Source: Calditrichia bacterium (GTDB taxonomy: Bacteria > Calditrichota > Calditrichia > RBG-13-44-9 > J075). From it: 64,000 bases of DNA. The position numbers and the translations under genes are program-made. Under the pieces are notes generated by a model, which was given only the letters and a program-made list of their open reading frames with translations, was not told the DNA's origin and made no database searches. The number at the start of each line of letters is the position of its first letter. The stretch's first letter is position 1. The stretch is from assembly GCA_050633245.1 (NCBI GenBank), contig JBOEGD010000011.1:300983-364982 (forward strand), in the 5' to 3' direction. This document shows, one piece after another, positions 20,314 through 29,516 of this stretch.

Positions 20314-21639
20314 ATGCGTTTCGTCTCGCTGAGAAATTTAAGCACCAAAATAGGTCTTCTTTTAATTTTAGCGCTTCTTCCTGCTCTTCTTTCGTCTTGT
20401 GGGGGCAGTAAAAAAGTGAGTCAGTCTGAGTACTCTTCCATGTCGCCAAGTGACAAGATTACTTACCTCACTGCGCAGGTTGAAAAAGATCCTGAGAACA
20501 TCGTTCTTAAAAAGCAGCTGTATAAGGAATACCTGAATCTGGACATGGCACCACAGGCATTGAATGTTATGGAAGAGGTTCTGATTATCGACCCTACCCA
20601 GGTAGACATTCAGTTTGAGTATGGAGAGCTGCAGTATAAGCAGGGGAATACAACATCTGCGAATAGAGCATTTCTAAACGTGTTGAATTCAGTTAGCGGC
20701 GATTTTTATACCAGCCGTATTGCAAATTATGTATCCGGCAACTTTTTGGTACAGGCAGTAACGGCTGGTGCACTGGATGAAGGTTTTCCTTCTTTCTCGC
20801 CTGACGGTAAAAAAATGGCCTTTCAGAAGTTCAATGGCAACGATTGGGACATCGTCGAGTTCGATCTGGAAACACGCCAGGAAATACCGCTGGCTGCGAC
20901 CAGTGCAAATGAGGAAGCTCCCGTATATTCTCCGGATGGAAAACAGCTCGTATATACGAGTACTGCCAGTGATAGGCGTCCTATCGAAAACAAAGTTAAA
21001 GTTCGCGAAATCCGCGTAATGGAGCGCAGCGATCGTTTTTCACAAAACCTTACTCAGTCAGTTGCGGATGATTGGTTACCTCGCTACAGCAATAATGCTG
21101 AAATGCTGTTGTTTGTCTCCGAACGATCCGATCTCCGACGCGTCTCTTATGTTGATAAGCAAAGCGATATCTTTATAATGGAGCGTGATGGAGATTTCCA
21201 GCATCGCCTTACCGATTCACCTGCAAATGAAGGCGGAGCCAGCTTCTCTGCTGATGATAAGCGGATTTTCTTCCATTCGAACAAAAATGGCGTTTATGAC
21301 CTTTTTAGCATGAAGACATCTGGTAAGCAGGTTTTAACCATTGTCGATTCACCGGGCAATGATGTAAATCCTTCGGCTTCACCAAAGGGAGATCATGTTG
21401 TCTTTATGTCTGATCGTGATGGTAATTTCGAGATTTACCGTGTGACCACAGAAGGATCACAGCCTGAGCGCTTAACCTACAATTCCGGTGTGGATGCAAA
21501 TCCGGTTTTTTCTCCTGATGGAAAGTCTGTTGCATTTCATTCCGATCGCAATGGCAATTTTGATATCTTTGTAATCAATCTCGATTATGAATCCGGAGCG
21601 ATGACGAAGGCTGAACTTATTCAAAAGCTGGGCGGTTAA
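20314..21639 (+). CDS. lipoprotein with TPR and TolB-like PD40 beta-propeller
   Basis: Lipobox LSSC, TPR segment, repeated PxFSPDG and SDRDGNFEIY motifs; GGAGG SD. Confidence 0.85.
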   Translation: MRFVSLRNLSTKIGLLLILALLPALLSSCGGSKKVSQSEYSSMSPSDKITYLTAQVEKDPENIVLKKQLYKEYLNLDMAPQALNVMEEVLIIDPTQVDIQFEYGELQYKQGNTTSANRAFLNVLNSVSGDFYTSRIANYVSGNFLVQAVTAGALDEGFPSFSPDGKKMAFQKFNGNDWDIVEFDLETRQEIPLAATSANEEAPVYSPDGKQLVYTSTASDRRPIENKVKVREIRVMERSDRFSQNLTQSVADDWLPRYSNNAEMLLFVSERSDLRRVSYVDKQSDIFIMERDGDFQHRLTDSPANEGGASFSADDKRIFFHSNKNGVYDLFSMKTSGKQVLTIVDSPGNDVNPSASPKGDHVVFMSDRDGNFEIYRVTTEGSQPERLTYNSGVDANPVFSPDGKSVAFHSDRNGNFDIFVINLDYESGAMTKAELIQKLGG

Positions 21640-21672
21640 TCCGCTATACCTTCGTTTTTTTACCCTCTTTTC

Positions 21673-21709
21673 AGTGCCTGCTTCATCTGAAGCGGGCACT
21701 CGTGTTTTT
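21673..21709 (+). terminator. probable rho-independent terminator
   Basis: AGTGCCTGCTTCA-TC-TGAAGCGGGCACT hairpin, then CGTGTTTTT. Confidence 0.65.
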
Positions 21710-21781
21710 GGGGAATTCCTTTGATTTTCCAGCCCACCTTCGCTATTATAAGCTCTTGATATAACTAAGAAAATAAAGTTT

Positions 21782-22843
21782 ATGAGCGATCCAAAATCAC
21801 CAGCCAGGCTATTGGTCTTTGCCCATCGAGGTGAAGCGCGCAGCTTTCTTGAAGCGAATAAATGGTCTGCAGCTGAAAGTGGAATTCCGGGACATTATGT
21901 TTTTGAAAACCAACAGCTTTTAATCACTGGTGAAGGGACTTATGAGGTCTTAAAAAAACTCTCCGCTGTTTGCTCATTCAAACTGCCGGAGATTGTAGTA
22001 AATCTCGGGACCTGTGGTGCATTACGTAATGAATTGAAGACTGGTGAGGTTGTTGCTGTTCGGACGGCATATGGCTCTGAAGGTCCGCAACCGCTATTTA
22101 AATCCTATACATCTTCAGATTCCCAGGCTACAATTGATTGCATTTCGTGTAGCCGGCGAGTAGAGAGCCGCGAGCTTGCCGATCAGCTCGCGAACTTCGC
22201 CTCACTTGTCGACCGGGAAGCATGGGCTGTTGGCAGCGTAGCGGAAATGTTCAAGCTGTCGTTTTATTCTTATAAGCTCATCACGGACTTTGCTGATGGC
22301 GCCGTCCTGGTGTCCGATACTGCTGAGATCAGTGAGCAACTACTTGCGCACTATAGACATATGATAGCAAATAATCCGGCGCAGCCAATTGTTCAAGCCG
22401 CTCCAGTTGACACACCTTCGGAGTTTTATTTTACCACGTCGCAACGTCGTTTACTCAAATCTCTTTTACAGCAGCTGTCAATTAGAGAAAAAGTGAACCC
22501 CGACGATATTTTGATGGAAATGGGCGTTTCTCTTGAATTTGGCAAGAAGATGCGCCCGAAAGATAAGACTGCGATGTTACTTCAGGCATTGAGTGACCGC
22601 CTTTCGCCATTCAAGGCTGAATTGCGACGGGAATTAGACGAGCAAATCCGTGCTGTGAAAGAAGTGGGCTGGAACGTTAAGTTTGAGCCGCAGTTTGAAG
22701 ATGAACGTATCGAAATTAAAGCCACTGTACGAAACGAATCTCAACTTGCTCGTCTCGCAAAGTCACTTCAACAGCTACCGTATAGGCAGATTGTCGCATT
22801 ATTACGTGGGGAAACGCCTGGAGAAAAAAGAGATGCGCTTTGA
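21782..22843 (+). CDS. nucleoside phosphorylase/MTA-nucleosidase-like protein with C-terminal helical extension
   Basis: LLVFA..EA, ITGEG, VVNLGTCGAL, VDRE (VDME-like), KLITD; about 150 extra C-terminal aa. Confidence 0.65.
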   Translation: MSDPKSPARLLVFAHRGEARSFLEANKWSAAESGIPGHYVFENQQLLITGEGTYEVLKKLSAVCSFKLPEIVVNLGTCGALRNELKTGEVVAVRTAYGSEGPQPLFKSYTSSDSQATIDCISCSRRVESRELADQLANFASLVDREAWAVGSVAEMFKLSFYSYKLITDFADGAVLVSDTAEISEQLLAHYRHMIANNPAQPIVQAAPVDTPSEFYFTTSQRRLLKSLLQQLSIREKVNPDDILMEMGVSLEFGKKMRPKDKTAMLLQALSDRLSPFKAELRRELDEQIRAVKEVGWNVKFEPQFEDERIEIKATVRNESQLARLAKSLQQLPYRQIVALLRGETPGEKRDAL

Positions 22844-23852
22844 AACTATTTTTGTAGAAGAGCAAGTGCGCTACAATCCGTATTCGCAAAAAATTCTGCA
22901 GGCCTTTCCCAATGTGCCGGTGCGCTATATTCGTAAAGTGGAGGATGTCTTTGGTCGTGTTAAGAAACCCTATCTTCATAAACGCACCGGGCTAAACATC
23001 TTTGTTGGTAGAAAAGAAGGCCATCTGGTAAAAGAGGCGCCTGATGCATACGGTTTGGCAAACGAACCGCATTACTATTTTATTCATGCCTACAACTGCA
23101 TTTACGAATGCGAATACTGTTATCTACAGGGGTATTTTAATTCCCCTGACCTGGTGTTCTTTGTAAATCATGATGAAATTGTTTCGGAAATGCATCAGAC
23201 ATGTGCTGAACATCCCGAAGCAAAACGAATTTGGTTTCACGCGGGCGAATTTAGTGATTCATTAGCATTGAGTCATGTAACTGCCGAGTGGGATGTATAC
23301 TGGGAATTTTTGCGCAGTCAGCCTCGGGCTAAAATTGAGTTAAGAACAAAATCTGTAAATATTAAGGCGCTGCTCGATTTGCCAGCTTTAGACAATGTTA
23401 CGATTTCATTCTCATTGTCTCCTGATGATGCGACACGAAAGTATGACCGTAAAACACCCTCTTTTTCGGCCCGGCTAAAAGCACTTCACCGCATTGCCAA
23501 GCATGGTTACCGGATAGGCATACATTTCGATCCCATCGTTGATTCACCGAATTTAGCGGCGGAATATCAAGACCTTCTGAGCAATCTGCTCATAACTGTA
23601 AAACCAGATCAAATCGAATATATCTCGCTAGGTGTTGTTCGCTTCACTAAAGATGTTTATAGTCAGTTTAAGCGAAATTACCCAAACTCAGATATGCAGG
23701 CGGCGGAGTTTGTCAGCAGCTTCGACAACAAGGTGCGCTATAGCAGGCCTCATCGTTTGTCGCTGCTGAACAGAATAAAGCAAATGTGTATCGAGGCCGG
23801 TTTGCATGATGAACAAGTTTATCTTTGCATGGAGAATGAAACCCTTTCATGA
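22833..23852 (+). CDS. spore photoproduct lyase-like radical SAM protein
   Basis: ATG 22833 (GGAG upstream), CIYECEYCYL CxxxCxxC, GEFSDSL, ELRTKS, FSLSP, HFDPI, VYLCME C-terminal motif of SplB family. Confidence 0.85.
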   Translation: MRFETIFVEEQVRYNPYSQKILQAFPNVPVRYIRKVEDVFGRVKKPYLHKRTGLNIFVGRKEGHLVKEAPDAYGLANEPHYYFIHAYNCIYECEYCYLQGYFNSPDLVFFVNHDEIVSEMHQTCAEHPEAKRIWFHAGEFSDSLALSHVTAEWDVYWEFLRSQPRAKIELRTKSVNIKALLDLPALDNVTISFSLSPDDATRKYDRKTPSFSARLKALHRIAKHGYRIGIHFDPIVDSPNLAAEYQDLLSNLLITVKPDQIEYISLGVVRFTKDVYSQFKRNYPNSDMQAAEFVSSFDNKVRYSRPHRLSLLNRIKQMCIEAGLHDEQVYLCMENETLS

Positions 23853-25453
23853 CTGCCAATCCGAAACATGCATTTGACTCTTCTATTAAGACTCGTCTTG
23901 CCACAAAAATTGTGGTTTTGTTGAGTGTTATTATTGGAATTGCAATTCTTACCGTTGGTGGTTGGCTCTACGAAAAAGATAAGCAACGGGTGCTCGAAAA
24001 CCTTCAAATACAGCTTCAACTGGCTGCAAATACAATTTCCCTTTCTATCGATGGAGATCGTTACTCTGAGCTTCGCGGCAAAGAATCGATCGGGTCTGAA
24101 GCGTTTGATGAGGTTATGTCTACCCTCGAACGTTTTATGGTCAACAGTTATCTTGGCTTCGAGCGTAATAATATTTACACCTTCCGTAGAATAAATAAAG
24201 ACACCTTACAATTTACGGCAATGCTCCAGAAACAGTATGTTGGAAACTTATATGCCGTCCGTGATGAAATGCGTTTAACGCTCGATCAGGGAAAGCCTTC
24301 GTACACCGGGGTTTATGAGGATGAGAATGGGGCCTGGGTCTCTGCATATGCACCGATACTTAATAGCGCCGGGGTTGTTGTCGGACTGGTTGAAGTTGAT
24401 TTTCAGAATAACGTTTACCTGCTCAGCCTTGAAGAGGAACAGAAGGAAATCCTGATGTTTGTTGCCTGTGGTTTGCTTGCAGCACTGGTTTTGGCTCTGT
24501 TCTTTGGGCGCTATTTATCTAAGCCGATAACGGCTGTTTCAAAAGGCGCACTCCAGATATCTCAAGGCAACTTCGATGTGCAGATACCTGTGCAAACTGC
24601 GGATGAAATCGGGCGATTGGCACGCGCCTTCAATTACATGGTGCAAGAGATTCAGGAAAAGGAATACATTCGCAAAAAAAACGATGAAATCTCCGCAGCG
24701 AATAAACAGCTGGATAAATTGAATAAATCTCTTCATGAAGCCAATCGTTTGAAATCTGAGTTCCTCGCCATTGCTGTACACGATTTGAAAAACCCCCTTC
24801 AGGTTATACATGGCTACCTCGAAATCATTCAGGATAATACAGAGCCTGGCGAGCGCACCTGGCAATACTGTGAAAGTATCTCCGCGGCCACTCAACGCAT
24901 GTTGAAGCTCATTAAACAGTTGCTGGATACCACTGCTATTGAAAGCGGCAAGCTACAGCTTAAGAAACAAAATGTTGAGCTGGCAAAATTAACAGAGAGT
25001 GTCGTAAAAGATCAGCGGGGCTTGGCTCAGAAAAAGGATCAAACAATACATTTTAATGCCTTGTCTGATTCTGTTGTTTATGCCGATGAATCGCGGATGC
25101 ACGAAATACTGGAAAATTTAATTAGCAATGCCGTCAAGTTTTCTCCCCATGAACGAGACATATTCGTCTCAATATTTGAAAGCCCCAAGGCCAGCGATAA
25201 AGTTTGCATTAGTGTGAGAGATCAAGGCCCCGGATTGAACGCTAGCGATATGCAGAAGCTATTCGGACGCTTTATGCGCTTGTCTGCGCTGCCCACGGGT
25301 GGTGAAGTCTCAACCGGTTTGGGTCTTTCGGTGGTTCGCCAGCTGACAGAGCTTCATGGTGGTCGGGTATGGGCGGAAAGCGGGGGGAAGGACAAAGGCG
25401 CGACGTTTTATGTTGAGTTCCTAGCAAATTCAAAAGTGGCCGGATCAAATTAG
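23849..25453 (+). CDS. membrane sensor histidine kinase (Cache-like periplasmic domain, HAMP)
   Basis: Two TMs, WVSAYAPI, HAMP DEIGRLARAFN, VHDLKNPL, NLISNAVKF, DQGPG, STGLGL; ATGA overlap with upstream gene. Confidence 0.92.
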   Translation: MTANPKHAFDSSIKTRLATKIVVLLSVIIGIAILTVGGWLYEKDKQRVLENLQIQLQLAANTISLSIDGDRYSELRGKESIGSEAFDEVMSTLERFMVNSYLGFERNNIYTFRRINKDTLQFTAMLQKQYVGNLYAVRDEMRLTLDQGKPSYTGVYEDENGAWVSAYAPILNSAGVVVGLVEVDFQNNVYLLSLEEEQKEILMFVACGLLAALVLALFFGRYLSKPITAVSKGALQISQGNFDVQIPVQTADEIGRLARAFNYMVQEIQEKEYIRKKNDEISAANKQLDKLNKSLHEANRLKSEFLAIAVHDLKNPLQVIHGYLEIIQDNTEPGERTWQYCESISAATQRMLKLIKQLLDTTAIESGKLQLKKQNVELAKLTESVVKDQRGLAQKKDQTIHFNALSDSVVYADESRMHEILENLISNAVKFSPHERDIFVSIFESPKASDKVCISVRDQGPGLNASDMQKLFGRFMRLSALPTGGEVSTGLGLSVVRQLTELHGGRVWAESGGKDKGATFYVEFLANSKVAGSN

Positions 25454-25561
25454 CGGCTCTTGCGCTTATTTTTATTTTCAATTGGCATTTCTGTTTGCAT
25501 TCTATTAATCTTTTAGCCTTAATTTCTTACGTATTACCTTACCAAAAGATAAACTCCCATC

Positions 25562-26275
25562 ATGAATGAGATTGACGATGTATTGGCATCACGGTTTGAC
25601 TCTCTGTATCACTGGTTGAACAGTAAGTATGGACTGAGTGAGATTGAATATGAAATGGATGGTCGGAAATTTCGCGTTTTCAAAGTGAAAGATATCGAAC
25701 TTGCTTTGGAAGAGTCGCTCCGCGATCCAGGTAATCCAAATAATCGCAGTCCTTACTGGACTGAGTTTTGGCCATCTGCCAAGGCACTTTCTACAACCTT
25801 GTTGCGCGGCAATGTTTCGTTCACGAACAAACGAGCACTTGAGCTGGGCTGTGGGTTGGGATTTACCGGTGTTAGCCTTGGCCAGGAAGGCGGCATCGTT
25901 ACTCTCTCAGACCGCGAGCCAGATGCACTGAAGTTGGCAGAATTGAACTGGATTGTCAATAATGGCGCAGTTCAACCATCAATTCGCCTGTTAGACTGGA
26001 ATCACCTAATCGGTTGGCCGGCAAAAGCTGATGAGCAATATGACATAATTCTTGCTGCCGATGTAGCTTACGAGATCGAAATATTTCCGGCATTGGTCAA
26101 TGCACTGGATGTTCTTTTAATAAAAGATGGAGAAATTTGGCTTAGCGAACCAAATCGGCCGATTGCAAATGGGTTCTTCCTACAGCTTGAAGCAAAGGGC
26201 TTTTTGATTCAAAAACAGGACGTGCTAAGCGAATTTCCAAAGGTCTCGGTTTATCGGATTGTCAAAAATCTTTAG
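25562..26275 (+). CDS. class I SAM-dependent methyltransferase, METTL21/lysine-methyltransferase-like
   Basis: PYWTEFWPSA, LELGCGLG, SD, LDW, ILAADVAY. Confidence 0.8.
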   Translation: MNEIDDVLASRFDSLYHWLNSKYGLSEIEYEMDGRKFRVFKVKDIELALEESLRDPGNPNNRSPYWTEFWPSAKALSTTLLRGNVSFTNKRALELGCGLGFTGVSLGQEGGIVTLSDREPDALKLAELNWIVNNGAVQPSIRLLDWNHLIGWPAKADEQYDIILAADVAYEIEIFPALVNALDVLLIKDGEIWLSEPNRPIANGFFLQLEAKGFLIQKQDVLSEFPKVSVYRIVKNL

Positions 26276-27194
26276 ACAGGTCGAAAAATTGCTGCAGAGA
26301 TGCTACAAGAGCTTCCGGGCATTCCCTGGCTGGAATGTGGCCCGCCGAGGGGAGTAAGATAAAGCGTGACGATATCGCAGCCTTGCGCGCATTTTCCGGG
26401 AAGAAAAGTCGATCTTTGTCTGTCTGAATAACAGCAAGTTTTTTGCTTAGTTTTTGCAGCTCACCAGTCAAGTTTAAATTACAATAATTGAATCGGATTT
26501 CGTCCTGAACGAAGCGTTTCCAAATGAGATGATGGCCTACGAGCCTAACGGATTCTCGGGCATCTTCCACCATTTGTCTGGATATACAGGAACGCTTTTC
26601 CACTAACTCTCCCAGAGCCAGTTTCATAACGAGCGATGAGCGGACCAATATTGCGCGCAGTAGCTTGTTTATAAAGGGCACTTTTGATGTCAAATATGCT
26701 AATTTTTGCCGCTTGATCTCGTCTGCTATTCCATACGAATTGATAACCGCAACTTTATGAAAAGCTTTTGGATCTGTTAAGGCAGCAAGTATGGCAATTG
26801 CCCCACCCATTGAAAAACCAGCAACGTGAACGCCCTCTAATTGATGCTGCTCGATAAACGCACATAAAAAACTGACCTGCGTGAGTAGTGTCGAATTCTC
26901 GTTTGTAAAACGCGAGTTCGACTGGATTAGTGATGATATGCGTTGAAGCCGCTCGGGGTTGCCTGCGTTTACATCTTCAATCGCTGGCCACTGACTGTAT
27001 CCATATCCCGGAAAGTCCGGCGCATAAATACGATGGTCTTTACCAAGTTCTTTCAGTACATCTCGCCAGGAAAATTCTGAATAGTCGCTGCCGCCACCGT
27101 GCAATAAGAGCAAGGGGCTGCCGGAATTCCCCGCAGTTAAATATGAACATGTGCTACCAAAAATTTGGCACTCTTTTCTATGGAATACCGACAT
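26262..27194 (-). CDS. alpha/beta fold hydrolase
   Basis: LLLHGG, APDFPGYGYS, nucleophile elbow GFSMGG, D in DKDRL, H in AGH. Confidence 0.88.
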   Translation of the reverse strand: MSVFHRKECQIFGSTCSYLTAGNSGSPLLLLHGGGSDYSEFSWRDVLKELGKDHRIYAPDFPGYGYSQWPAIEDVNAGNPERLQRISSLIQSNSRFTNENSTLLTQVSFLCAFIEQHQLEGVHVAGFSMGGAIAILAALTDPKAFHKVAVINSYGIADEIKRQKLAYLTSKVPFINKLLRAILVRSSLVMKLALGELVEKRSCISRQMVEDARESVRLVGHHLIWKRFVQDEIRFNYCNLNLTGELQKLSKKLAVIQTDKDRLFFPENARKAAISSRFILLPSAGHIPARECPEALVASLQQFFDLSKDF

Positions 27195-27196
27195 GC

Positions 27197-27640
27197 TTAT
27201 CCGTTTTGATGGTTTGTTGTTTGAAGTAGTTCTGAATATGCATGGTGATATTTTTGAATCCGGGTTAAATCCTTATCCTTTATTCTGTTCAGGCGAAAGA
27301 GATTCATATTGTCTTGCAAATCTCCCATTTTCACTTCGACCGCGGTTGGTGATGTTTTTATGCGTTCAATATAGCTGGTGTATTCGGAACCGTCATCATG
27401 CGTCAATAGACTTACGGCTTCGATGACTGCTTCATCAAAGCCTTCATTTTTAAGCTGCTCGATTGTCCAGTCTGTATCTTCAACAACGTCGTGAAGAACT
27501 GCTGCTATTTGTGTGGTTTTTGACTTCATGTTGAGCATAATGCGCAGTGGATGCAGGATATACGCCTTGCCTGCTCTATCTGTTTGCCCGGCATGCGCCC
27601 CGGCAGCAATTTCAATTGCTCTATCTAGCGTAGACATCAT
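27197..27640 (-). CDS. HD-domain small alarmone hydrolase-like protein (RelA/SpoT hydrolase domain only)
   Basis: AHAGQ.D, YILHP, LHDVVED, VK..D..DN; AAGGAG SD. Confidence 0.85.
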   Translation of the reverse strand: MMSTLDRAIEIAAGAHAGQTDRAGKAYILHPLRIMLNMKSKTTQIAAVLHDVVEDTDWTIEQLKNEGFDEAVIEAVSLLTHDDGSEYTSYIERIKTSPTAVEVKMGDLQDNMNLFRLNRIKDKDLTRIQKYHHAYSELLQTTNHQNG

Positions 27641-27821
27641 TTTTCTCCTTTGTTATTTGGCAAAATATAGACAACAAATACTATCTAATCCTTTAGAATT
27701 TTCATCCCCCACTATTTTTTAATTATAGCAAATTTATCTTGAATCGTACATGAAGTGACTATATCTTCCGGCCTCGGTCAAATAAAATGCCCCGAATATT
27801 TAGTAATCTCAAGGAGAGAAC

Positions 27822-28526
27822 ATGAATAAGAACAACAACGAATTTATTGCCAGGCTCGATGCAACCATTGCAACGTATAGCTTGCTGAAACATCCCTTTT
27901 ATCAATTGTGGAATATGGGTGAGCTGGACAAGCCAACTCTTGTTGAATACGCCAAGCAATATTATGCCCACGTTGAAGCATTTCCGGTTTATTTAAGTGC
28001 CGTTCATTCTCGCTGTGAAGATACATCTGCACGTCAACTGATTCTTGAGAATTTGATTGAAGAGGAATTTGGAGAAGAAAACCACCCGGAGTTGTGGCTG
28101 CGTTTTGCAGAAGGTGTCGGTGGAACACGTGAAGCTGTAAAAAGTGCAACTGTGCTGCCCGAAACCATACAGTCCGTCAATACCCTGAAGCGTCTTACAT
28201 GCAGCGACAACTTTGCAGAAGGTATTGCAGCGCTTTATGCGTACGAATCTCAGGTGCCGGAAGTTGCTCGCAAAAAGCGTGAAGGCCTGAAAGAATTTTA
28301 TGGTATCGAAGACGATCGCACAGTTTCATACTTTAGTGTGCATGAGGAAGCAGATATTGAACATAGCGATGCAGAACGTGAAATTTTGTTGCGTTATGCT
28401 ACCGATTCATCAACTGAAGAACGTCTCTTGAATGCAGCAGAGGAATCTGCTAAAGCCATGTGGATGTTGTTAGATGGGATTTATGATAATCATGTTTCAG
28501 AATCTGCCAAGGCTTGCCTGAACTAA
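27822..28526 (+). CDS. CADD-family heme-oxygenase-like dimetal oxidase (putative p-aminobenzoate synthase)
   Basis: Gap-free match to recalled C. trachomatis CADD: Y27, Y43, E81, H88, E142, K152, Y170, H174, D178, H181; AAGGAG SD. Confidence 0.88.
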   Translation: MNKNNNEFIARLDATIATYSLLKHPFYQLWNMGELDKPTLVEYAKQYYAHVEAFPVYLSAVHSRCEDTSARQLILENLIEEEFGEENHPELWLRFAEGVGGTREAVKSATVLPETIQSVNTLKRLTCSDNFAEGIAALYAYESQVPEVARKKREGLKEFYGIEDDRTVSYFSVHEEADIEHSDAEREILLRYATDSSTEERLLNAAEESAKAMWMLLDGIYDNHVSESAKACLN

Positions 28527-28553
28527 TTTTGATTTTCACACCTTATTTTGCCC

Positions 28554-28585
28554 GTCGGGAGAATTCTGTTCTCCCGGCTTAATTT
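28554..28585 (+). terminator. putative terminator after CADD gene
   Basis: GTCGGGAGAA-TTCTG-TTCTCCCGGC then TTAATTT. Confidence 0.5.
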
Positions 28586-28604
28586 CTCCGGAGTTGAGAA
28601 TCAT

Positions 28605-29411
28605 ATGCCCTTTACCTTTGCGCATCCGGCAGTTATTTTTCCGTTTTATAAACGATGGCGTATATTTAACTCTCTTTCCGCACTTACCATTGGAAGTATG
28701 GCTCCGGATATGAGCTACTTCTTACCCTTTCACATTAGTCGCCATGCCACGCATTCTCCCGGCGCCTTACTGTGGTTTTGTCTGCCAGTCGGTCTAGCTG
28801 TCTATATAGTGTTTCATGTCTTCCTAAAACGCCCCATCTGGTTTTTGTTGCCGTCGAGTTTGCGGATACCTTTGCAGGACGTTGCGCTGCGAAATCGCAC
28901 CTGGCACCTCAAGGAAATTCTGCACATATCTATAGCTATTTTAGTTGGTGCGATTACTCATATTGGCTGGGATCTTTTTACCCATCGCTCCATCGTCACC
29001 GGAACGTATTTGCCCCTTCTGAATGAACCGGTTTTTAGCATGTTTGGGCGCCCATTTAGAGTTCACAATATATTGCAGCATGTAAGCACGGTATTTGGCT
29101 TTTTCGTTATTGGTTTCGTCGCAAAACAGTATTTGTCTTCCCGGATTTCGACCGGTAATGAACCCCTGAAATGGGCAAACTCCTTAAGACGTCGTCTCAG
29201 ACAAGGACTACTTTTTGTTTCGGGCGGAACGGGGGTGTTCTTTGGTTTAGGGGCACTCGCTCATCCTTCTGCGTTTCGCAGCTTTACTTATTTTGTCCGC
29301 TATTTCGTTATCTCCGGCATAAATGCCGCCATAGTTTGCCTGCTGTTAATGGGAATCACTTGGCTTCTGCTACAGCGCTTCGCAGGCAATGATAAATGGC
29401 ATACTTCTTAG
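28605..29411 (+). CDS. DUF4184-family membrane protein
   Basis: MPFTFAHPA start, GSMAPD, TH, THIGWDLFTH, LQH.ST; multiple TMs. Confidence 0.82.
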   Translation: MPFTFAHPAVIFPFYKRWRIFNSLSALTIGSMAPDMSYFLPFHISRHATHSPGALLWFCLPVGLAVYIVFHVFLKRPIWFLLPSSLRIPLQDVALRNRTWHLKEILHISIAILVGAITHIGWDLFTHRSIVTGTYLPLLNEPVFSMFGRPFRVHNILQHVSTVFGFFVIGFVAKQYLSSRISTGNEPLKWANSLRRRLRQGLLFVSGGTGVFFGLGALAHPSAFRSFTYFVRYFVISGINAAIVCLLLMGITWLLLQRFAGNDKWHTS

Positions 29412-29516
29412 CTCGAATATTGTGCATTCAAAAATCTATTCATTTCACGCTGGAAAATGTCTTATATTTTAGTGTCCCTCATGGAATGAGGTGCATAAAC
29501 CTATTGGAGATTCTAT

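Noticed and set aside
27822-28526. Call as pqqC or tenA
   Set aside because: No pqq or thi genes nearby; the residue pattern matches the CADD dimetal site.
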